This document shows, one piece after another, positions 57,380-64,000 of a stretch of 64,000 nt of DNA. The position numbers were made by a program, and so were the translations under genes. This stretch comes from a virus. Its lineage: Duplodnaviria > Caudoviricetes. Below the pieces are notes generated by a model. The model did not search any database and was not told where the DNA came from. It worked only from the letters and a program-made list of their open reading frames with translations. Location: IMG/VR virus record IMGVR_UViG_3300021426_000068, positions 32,001-96,000 of that record; one strand, written 5' to 3'. The first letter of the stretch is position 1. Every line of letters begins with the position of its first letter.

Positions 57380-58336
57380 TTAAACATTTTTAATATCACT
57401 TATTAATTCATTGAAAGATGTATATACTTTTTCAAAATAGTTTGTAATATACTTTTTCATTGAAGGAGGCGTAAAATAAAAAATTCTTATACCATTATTA
57501 ATACATCTATTATATTTTCTTATATCTAGTTCTCTTATTCTTTTAAATCCAAGTTCACCACCAAATTTCTCAACAGGAACATAATGTTGTCTACCGTTTA
57601 ATTCTATTGCTATGTTATATTCAGGTAAATAAAAATCTAATTTTTGAACACATCTTTTGTCAGAAAGAAATGGAAAAATTTTTTGATACTCAACATTACC
57701 AAATATATTTTTTAAAGATTGAAAAATTTTTATTTCAGTTAGATTATTTTTATTTCCACAAATATGACAACCATGCCCAATTAAATGTTTATGTGGTGTT
57801 TGTGAAAATTCACCATGCAATGGACATATTATAGTTACAGGTGTAGTAGAATTAACATATATTACTTTATCATAATTATATTTATTTCCATGAACTTGTT
57901 TTGCTTTATTTATAAACAAATCTTTAGTTAGTCTTCTTTTATAACCCTTTGAAATTGCACCACATTTAGGACATCCATTACCTAATAAATGTGCTGAAGG
58001 ACGTTGTTTAAAATCACCATGTTCTGGACAAGTAATACAAACAGGTGTTAAACTATTAACATAATTAACTTTTGAATAATCATACTTATTCCCATGAATT
58101 TTCTTCGCTTTTTGAATAAAAGAAATATTGTTCAACTTTGCTCTCGAACCACATTTAGGACAATTTCCACCTCTTAAATGTTCATGAGGTGTTTGCCAAA
58201 ATTCTCCATGTTCGGGACATATAATACAAACCTTATTTTCAGAGCCAATATAATTAACTTTAGAATAGTCATATTTATTCCCATGAATTTCTTTGGCTCT
58301 ATTTATAAATTGTTCTTGTGATAACTTTTTTGGCAT
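57380..58336 (-). CDS. Free-standing homing-type endonuclease (3 DUF723-like repeats plus Vsr/PD-(D/E)XK-like domain)
   Basis: YDYSKVNY..ICPEHG repeats; LDFYLPEYNIAIELNGRQHY. Confidence 0.8.
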   Translation of the reverse strand: MPKKLSQEQFINRAKEIHGNKYDYSKVNYIGSENKVCIICPEHGEFWQTPHEHLRGGNCPKCGSRAKLNNISFIQKAKKIHGNKYDYSKVNYVNSLTPVCITCPEHGDFKQRPSAHLLGNGCPKCGAISKGYKRRLTKDLFINKAKQVHGNKYNYDKVIYVNSTTPVTIICPLHGEFSQTPHKHLIGHGCHICGNKNNLTEIKIFQSLKNIFGNVEYQKIFPFLSDKRCVQKLDFYLPEYNIAIELNGRQHYVPVEKFGGELGFKRIRELDIRKYNRCINNGIRIFYFTPPSMKKYITNYFEKVYTSFNELISDIKNV

Positions 58337-58474
58337 ATTTCTAATCTTTTACTCTACTTATAAATATATTAAATAGTTTAAAATCTTGAAAAATCCAGTA
58401 TTTTTATGTATATTTGTATTAATAAAAAACTATTTATTGAAAAAATAATAATTTATAAAGAATATTAACATAAT

Positions 58475-59413
58475 ATGAAAGACAGTTTAAATGAAATAAA
58501 GTCATTAATGAAACGTATGGAAGAAACACCTAATGGTGGTAGTGGTTTTTTAATGGAATCAATTATAAATGAAGTTGCTTGTAAATGGAGAGAAGTTGTT
58601 GGAGAAGAATCATTTTATGATTTATTGAATGGGTTAAAACAAGGTAGTATGGTAACTTTCGGATATTTATCTACGGCAAAGATAGAAGTTCCAAAAGGTA
58701 AAAGATTAAATCCTGCGACTAACAGAATGAATCAATTTGATGATTATGAAACACTTGGTCATAATCTTGGTGAAGAAGGAAAACTTATGAATGTTATTAA
58801 GTTAAGTATTTACAACTTGCCCTGGCAAACAGAAGAAGATATTAACACAAAATATAATAATTGGAAAACTAAGAGAGATGAACTTGGTAGTAAATATGGT
58901 GTTGAATTTGGTAAAGCAAGATATGCAACACAAAATATGAATACAAATGAAAAAGGTGGTATATCATCATACAATGGTGAAAACCAAGAAAATTTAGGAC
59001 ATACATACACTAATTTAAATATGAAAGGAATTAAACCAATATCAGTACAATATTATCTTGTTATGGATAATGGTGATGTAAAACCAGTAAGTACTGAAAA
59101 ATTAACATTACTTCCTTATAAACCAACAACATCTGCTGTTGATAAATTAAAAGCCGCTGGTGCAAGTGAAGAAGATGTAAAACCACTTTTAGATATGCAA
59201 TATCAAAGATTTGAACATTCATATGTTTTATTCATTTCAGCAACACCAGATACAGGTATTCCTACACTTTTAATTAATAACAAACTTTCTAATAAACTTA
59301 CAGGTGAAGGTGTTAATACTGAACAAATCATTAGAATTGCACAGGATAGATATGCAAAATTCACAAATCAAAATGTCAATTTTATTCAAGATGATAATGC
59401 AATTTTAAGATAA
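58475..59413 (+). CDS. Putative internal virion protein
   Basis: Late motif 58429-58438; LNEIKSLMKRM leader; LMES/IINE possible processing sites. Confidence 0.55.
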   Translation: MKDSLNEIKSLMKRMEETPNGGSGFLMESIINEVACKWREVVGEESFYDLLNGLKQGSMVTFGYLSTAKIEVPKGKRLNPATNRMNQFDDYETLGHNLGEEGKLMNVIKLSIYNLPWQTEEDINTKYNNWKTKRDELGSKYGVEFGKARYATQNMNTNEKGGISSYNGENQENLGHTYTNLNMKGIKPISVQYYLVMDNGDVKPVSTEKLTLLPYKPTTSAVDKLKAAGASEEDVKPLLDMQYQRFEHSYVLFISATPDTGIPTLLINNKLSNKLTGEGVNTEQIIRIAQDRYAKFTNQNVNFIQDDNAILR

Positions 59414-59420
59414 TATTTAT

Positions 59421-59449
59421 AAGAGACTTGAAAAAGTCTCTTTTTTTTT
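59421..59449 (+). terminator. Intrinsic terminator
   Basis: AAGAGACTT-GAAA-AAGTCTCTT followed by T run. Confidence 0.8.
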
Positions 59450-59478
59450 GTACTTTTGTAAAGAAAAATATTTTGAAA

Positions 59479-59868
59479 ATGGAAAAAACATATAAAGAAT
59501 TAGTTAAAGAAAACGAAGAGCTTGAAAAAGAATTAGACAGTGTAGAAGATTCTTGTGCCAAAAAGGGGATGTCATGGGATGATATGCTTTTAGAAACAAA
59601 AGATTTAAGGATTAAAATAACACAAAATGATAGAAAAATAAGACAAATTCAAAACCCGACACTTCAGTTTGGTAAAAATTGGAATGGTGAATTAATGACA
59701 CTTGAAAAGTTCATAGCATTAGTAAATAGTGGTGTTTTTACTGATAATGATGGGTTAGGTAGATATGCAACTGAAGTAGGTGTTTCAGATATTTATATTT
59801 ATCCTTCTGATATTTTGGATAATGTTTATAGAAAAGATTTTTCACATGTTTTATGGCTTAATAAATAA
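59479..59868 (+). CDS. Hypothetical protein
   Basis: ATG 59479 after TACTTTTG (59451-59458); FTDNDGLG. Confidence 0.6.
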   Translation: MEKTYKELVKENEELEKELDSVEDSCAKKGMSWDDMLLETKDLRIKITQNDRKIRQIQNPTLQFGKNWNGELMTLEKFIALVNSGVFTDNDGLGRYATEVGVSDIYIYPSDILDNVYRKDFSHVLWLNK

Positions 59869-59873
59869 AAATT

Positions 59874-60254
59874 ATGAATAAAGTAACAATTGCAGCAAAT
59901 CAAATATCACGTGTAGTTATACATCCTATGTGTAAATCAAGATATTGTAAATTACAATATGAAAAGGGAGAAGTTATGAGTAAAAAATTTGTTTTATTTC
60001 CATATCCGCACTTTATTAATAAAATTGCTGAAGAAGATTTATATTTTGATTCTACTGATATGTATGATAATTTATACACTGAAGAACAAGTTCGTAGTGA
60101 TTATATCTTAATAGATAAAGTTGCTTATGTACATCCTTATATGGAAATATATTTTGTTGATGGGAAAAATATTTCCTATCGTTATGATAATGACGAATTA
60201 ATGTATAAAGAATATAATAAACTTAAAGAAAAATTTAATTTAATAGAATTTTGA
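59874..60254 (+). CDS. Hypothetical protein
   Basis: Intact ORF. Confidence 0.55.
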   Translation: MNKVTIAANQISRVVIHPMCKSRYCKLQYEKGEVMSKKFVLFPYPHFINKIAEEDLYFDSTDMYDNLYTEEQVRSDYILIDKVAYVHPYMEIYFVDGKNISYRYDNDELMYKEYNKLKEKFNLIEF

Positions 60255-60255
60255 T

Positions 60256-60663
60256 ATGATTACAATTAGTAAAGACTTTCAGGGTTGGCCTGTATATGCT
60301 AAAAACTTAAAAGAAATTTTATTAGAATTGGGTTTTGAAGAAAAAGATGGAAAAATGTCAATTTCATCTGATAATGAATTACTTCAGGCATATCCAAGAT
60401 TATTAGAAGATGACGGAATGGCATATGGTGTTAATGAACAGTATATTACTGAAGTGGACTGTCAAGATATTTATGAAACAGAATTAAATTATCTTGATGG
60501 TGAAGCAAAAACAGAAAAATTAAATGACACAATTTCATATCCAAAAATAATAAAATATAAAGTTGGTAAAGAAAATATTAAAGTGTTTAATATATTTAGA
60601 GAAAACCCAACAAATGAAAAACTTGTTAATGTGCTTAATAAAGAACTTAATGATGAGAACTAA
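60256..60663 (+). CDS. Hypothetical protein
   Basis: Intact ORF. Confidence 0.55.
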   Translation: MITISKDFQGWPVYAKNLKEILLELGFEEKDGKMSISSDNELLQAYPRLLEDDGMAYGVNEQYITEVDCQDIYETELNYLDGEAKTEKLNDTISYPKIIKYKVGKENIKVFNIFRENPTNEKLVNVLNKELNDEN

Positions 60664-60871
60664 AACTAAAGAACAAGTTACTAACTTTTATAAAGAATAT
60701 ATTGAGTTATGTAAAAAACATGGTCTATGTATTGAACCTGAAGTCGTTTACTCTCCCATTAATGTAGAACCAATATATAGTGATATTGAATTTAAAATGT
60801 ATTGTGATGACTTGAAAGAATGGTTTTTTTCAGAATTCCAAGAAGACGAAGAAGATGAAGATGAAAACTAA
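60650..60871 (+). CDS. Hypothetical protein
   Basis: ATG 60650; ELCKKHGL. Confidence 0.5.
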   Translation: MMRTKTKEQVTNFYKEYIELCKKHGLCIEPEVVYSPINVEPIYSDIEFKMYCDDLKEWFFSEFQEDEEDEDEN

Positions 60872-60903
60872 AAAGAGACTGATTAACTTTCAGTCTCTTT
60901 TTT
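60871..60903. terminator. Bidirectional intrinsic terminator
   Basis: AAAAGAGACTGA-TTAACTT-TCAGTCTCTTTT. Confidence 0.8.
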
Positions 60904-61884
60904 ATTTCTATTTTCTTTTATTCTTATTTCATTTAATCTTCGTAAACAAGTATCTAAAGCATGTCTCCAATATCTGGTACAAAATTCATTATCATTATTA
61001 AAACGTAAAAGCTTAGTTGTATCTAATACACTATATGTTGAACGTTTAACCTTATCAAATGGCTTTAATCTCGGTTTTATAACATCATGATATGTTGCGA
61101 AATACTCAATTTCTTTTGCAATATCATACCAACTTGCAGTACCAAGATTTGCATAATTTATAATTGGTAAACTATATTTTTGAAAACCACCCCATTGTTC
61201 AGGATAAAATTCCATGTTTTTATTTTCTATTGTATAAACAATATATTCAGCTAAATCTTTTGCATATGTAGGTGAACCAATTTCCGTTAAAACAACTTCT
61301 GATTCTTCATTTTTTAAACATCGTTCCCAAATGGTTTTAACAAAATTTTTACCATATTCAGAATATAACCATGAAGTAATTATCACTACAAATTTTAACT
61401 TTTCAATATTAAATAATTCTTTTATTCCTTTAAGTTTACTATAACCATATTTATTTATATCATTACCATAATAACTATAAAAAAAATCATCAGTAAATTC
61501 CCAATGATATTTGGTTTCTTGAATTGGTTTACCTGCTGTCGGATAAATATAATCAGTTCCAATATGGATAAGAAAAATATCATGCTCTTTACATAACAAA
61601 CCTAAATTTTTCACTGCTTCTATATTAACTAACTTAGCCTTTTCATATCCTTCTTCAGTTTCAGCACCTTTTACATCCGTATATGCAGCACAATTAATGA
61701 TTGCTTTGATATCATTATGTTTAGAAAGATAATCTTTCATCATTTCATAATTGGTAATATCAAAGTTTTCTCTTGTTGTAAAAATATATTTCTTATTAAT
61801 AACATAAAAACTATTAACAATATCTTTAATACATTGTCCTAATTGCCCATTAGAACCTGTTACTAAAATTTTATCTTTTTCCAT
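60883..61884 (-). CDS. rmlD: dTDP-4-dehydrorhamnose reductase-like SDR
   Basis: ILVTGSNGQLG, INCAAYT, GTDY, YGYSK, GSPTY. Confidence 0.88.
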   Translation of the reverse strand: MEKDKILVTGSNGQLGQCIKDIVNSFYVINKKYIFTTRENFDITNYEMMKDYLSKHNDIKAIINCAAYTDVKGAETEEGYEKAKLVNIEAVKNLGLLCKEHDIFLIHIGTDYIYPTAGKPIQETKYHWEFTDDFFYSYYGNDINKYGYSKLKGIKELFNIEKLKFVVIITSWLYSEYGKNFVKTIWERCLKNEESEVVLTEIGSPTYAKDLAEYIVYTIENKNMEFYPEQWGGFQKYSLPIINYANLGTASWYDIAKEIEYFATYHDVIKPRLKPFDKVKRSTYSVLDTTKLLRFNNDNEFCTRYWRHALDTCLRRLNEIRIKENRNKKETES

Positions 61885-61996
61885 AAATTGTTTTTTACAA
61901 ATATATAAATAAATATCCACAAAAACAAGAAAAAACACTATTATTTACAAAACCATCAACATTAACATAACACATGTTGTTAATGTGGTTAATAAA

Positions 61997-62027
61997 AAAG
62001 AAACCACTGAACATTCAGTGGTTTCTT
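61997..62027 (-). terminator. Terminator after major capsid gene
   Basis: AAAGAAACCACTGAA-CA-TTCAGTGGTTTCTTT. Confidence 0.85.
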
Positions 62028-62054
62028 TCTAAAATATTGATTATTAATCACTTA

Positions 62055-63962
62055 TTATCTAAGTTCATTAATATCCCAAGTCTGTAATCCATCAACGTTC
62101 ACGGTGCCGTAAAATCTGTTATTAACACATTTCTTAGCATATCTTGTGAGGATACCCTTAACAGGAGCAAAGTTCATAGGATTGTAGATAGTTGGTGTTA
62201 ATTGCATAGGAATATATGGTGCGTAGATATAACCAGTATCAAGTAATGATTTACCTTTATGACCGATAATTATTGACCAGTGAGGTGAATAAGGGTCACG
62301 ATATACTTGATAACGACCACCAAGTGAACCTACTCTTTCAATACCCATATTGTATTGGTCTGATTCAGCACTTGCATCTGATACATGGAAGTATTCAAGA
62401 TTGTCAAATACTGCTGAGATTTCAGAAGAAACTACGATAAAGTTTGCACCACCACGAAGAGTTGATTTATGGATTTGTGCAGAAATCTGGTTAACTTTAG
62501 TTACAAGTTCCTGATTCCAGTCTTTCTGAGTGTAGTTAGTTGAGAAACCTGCTTGTCTTCTCCAACCGTTAACATCCCAACGTGCATGCCAAGGAGCAAA
62601 TTTACGAAGGTCTCTAAGGATTTCACGGTCAATTTCTGCTGCGATTTGTTCAGAAAGAAGTGCAGTAAGTTCTGCTTCAGCATCAATATTATGGAATGCA
62701 GATACGTCTTGTGCAAGTTCAGGAGACCAAGTTGCACGAAGTTTTCTTTCTTCAACTGATACAGTTACACTATCAAGTTTGAATGATACTTCACCAATTT
62801 CGGTTTCAAGTTCAAGGCTGTCATACTGACACCATGCTACTTTGAAGGCTTCCAAATCAAGTGCTTCTGGGTCAACACCAAGATATCCGTCCATTGACAT
62901 ACCCTGTGCTTTTGCAGGTTTTGTTAAGTCAAGGTCGATATAAATGCAACCTTCTGCATCACATGCACCAGCATATTCAACGATACCTTTACCATATTTT
63001 TGTGTAACAAGACGGAAAGGAATTGATTCATTTGCTACGAAGCAAGTACTTGCAGAGTTACCAATAGTTGTATCAGCAACTACTTTAAGAGAAGCAAGGA
63101 ATGCTTCAGTATCCATTTCATTACCATCAGGACCAGTAAGTTTACCAGCATTGTATGATGAGAAACCTTTTACCTTAAGGATAAGGTTACGGATTGTACC
63201 GTCTGAATATTCAGGAATATCATCAATTGTTGCGTCTACAAGTTGACCACGTTTGAAAACAACAGGAGTTGCATCACCAACTTTGATGTGGATTTTACCT
63301 TTTGAATTATCAAAAAGGAAGTCATTGTAGAAGAGGTCATAAAGTGTTTTACCCATGTAACGAGTTACTTCTGGACTAACCTGACGTACTCTTTCGCCTT
63401 CACGTTTTGCTGCATAAGCTTCATCGTAAGAAGTGAAACCACTACCTACAACTTCACCTGATTTAATGTCATAAATTTCGAAAGTTTGTTCATTAACAGT
63501 TTCATCTGGAAGATAGAATCTGTTATAAGTGCTACCGTCTCTACGGTCTACTCTTTCATAACCCATAAGGCCTTTGTGACGACCAGTTGCACCGTCTTCG
63601 ATTTCTTCTGATGACCACTCTCTTTCGGAAGTGACAGGAAGAAGGAAGAAGAGTTTACCAATTGGAAGGTTCATAGCCTGTACAGATACGATATCATTAG
63701 CAAGGAGTTTACTGAAAACTCTACGAATGATAGGGAATACAACAGTTTCGAAAGAACCACTGTTATTAGAATCAGTTGCTTCATTAAGCATTGATTTTGC
63801 TTGGTTTTCGAAAAGAGTTGCAACATTTTCCTTAACAACACCAACAAGACCATCAGTCATACCGAGTGAAGACCATCTGTCGTTAATTTCTTTTCTAATT
63901 CTTCTCTGTTCATTAAGTTCAATTGTACCTACTTGACCAGATTTTAAAAAGTCTGTAACCAT
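62055..63962 (-). CDS. Major capsid protein (T4 gp23-like)
   Basis: FPIIRR, VSVQAM, RKLRATWSPELAQD, DAEAEL..EIDREI, GYIYAPYIP, TRYA. Confidence 0.96.
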   Translation of the reverse strand: MVTDFLKSGQVGTIELNEQRRIRKEINDRWSSLGMTDGLVGVVKENVATLFENQAKSMLNEATDSNNSGSFETVVFPIIRRVFSKLLANDIVSVQAMNLPIGKLFFLLPVTSEREWSSEEIEDGATGRHKGLMGYERVDRRDGSTYNRFYLPDETVNEQTFEIYDIKSGEVVGSGFTSYDEAYAAKREGERVRQVSPEVTRYMGKTLYDLFYNDFLFDNSKGKIHIKVGDATPVVFKRGQLVDATIDDIPEYSDGTIRNLILKVKGFSSYNAGKLTGPDGNEMDTEAFLASLKVVADTTIGNSASTCFVANESIPFRLVTQKYGKGIVEYAGACDAEGCIYIDLDLTKPAKAQGMSMDGYLGVDPEALDLEAFKVAWCQYDSLELETEIGEVSFKLDSVTVSVEERKLRATWSPELAQDVSAFHNIDAEAELTALLSEQIAAEIDREILRDLRKFAPWHARWDVNGWRRQAGFSTNYTQKDWNQELVTKVNQISAQIHKSTLRGGANFIVVSSEISAVFDNLEYFHVSDASAESDQYNMGIERVGSLGGRYQVYRDPYSPHWSIIIGHKGKSLLDTGYIYAPYIPMQLTPTIYNPMNFAPVKGILTRYAKKCVNNRFYGTVNVDGLQTWDINELR

Positions 63963-64000
63963 TTTTAAATATTTTAATTTTTATTTATTCTTTTATTTTG

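Noticed and set aside
62055-63962. Higher-GC major capsid gene as a horizontally acquired island
   Set aside because: Better explained by codon bias of a highly expressed core gene
1-64000. Stop-codon reassignment (TAG or TGA recoding as in some gut jumbo phages)
   Set aside because: Long structural genes are intact in the standard code, and TAG (9265, 10363, 46322) and TGA (14040, 60254) end genes at natural boundaries
1-64000. tRNA or rRNA genes
   Set aside because: No cloverleaf or T-loop pattern recognised in any intergenic gap by eye; a tRNA scan would confirm

Overview
Very AT-rich, gene-dense 64 kb segment of a large T4-superfamily-like (jumbo) myophage read in the standard genetic code. 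A Bacteroidota host is inferred from repeated TTTG-N20-TAnnTTTG promoters and Fib_succ_major/BspA-type domains. It carries head genes (gp23-like major capsid, gp20-like portal, gp13-like neck, large terminase), a gp5/VgrG-like spike, and several fibre/adhesin genes. Replication and recombination genes include a gp46/SbcC ATPase, RuvC-like resolvase, SSB and a DNA methyltransferase. It also has two sigma-like factors and auxiliary enzymes (Thg1-like, nicotinamidase, MazG, dUTPase, IMPDH/GMPR, thioredoxin, two glycosyltransferases, RmlD). Structure the ORF track does not show: (1) a 286-nt ORF-less group I intron splits the terminase (56574-56859), with a free-standing endonuclease directly upstream; (2) two adhesin genes share one N-terminal docking module but have different diversifiable tips, a 12x26-aa LRR array with shuffled variable sites and a DGR-target-like C-type-lectin domain; (3) a conserved ACTATTTAT motif, containing the reverse complement of the T4 late box, precedes about 14 mostly structural genes; (4) several putative virion-packaged effectors, including three ADP-ribosyltransferase-fold proteins, share N-terminal leaders; (5) a recurrent hydrophobic-[ST]-[GAS]-x-[ST] motif in structural proteins could be a glycosylation sequon. 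All family calls are from motif recognition by eye; no database searches were run.
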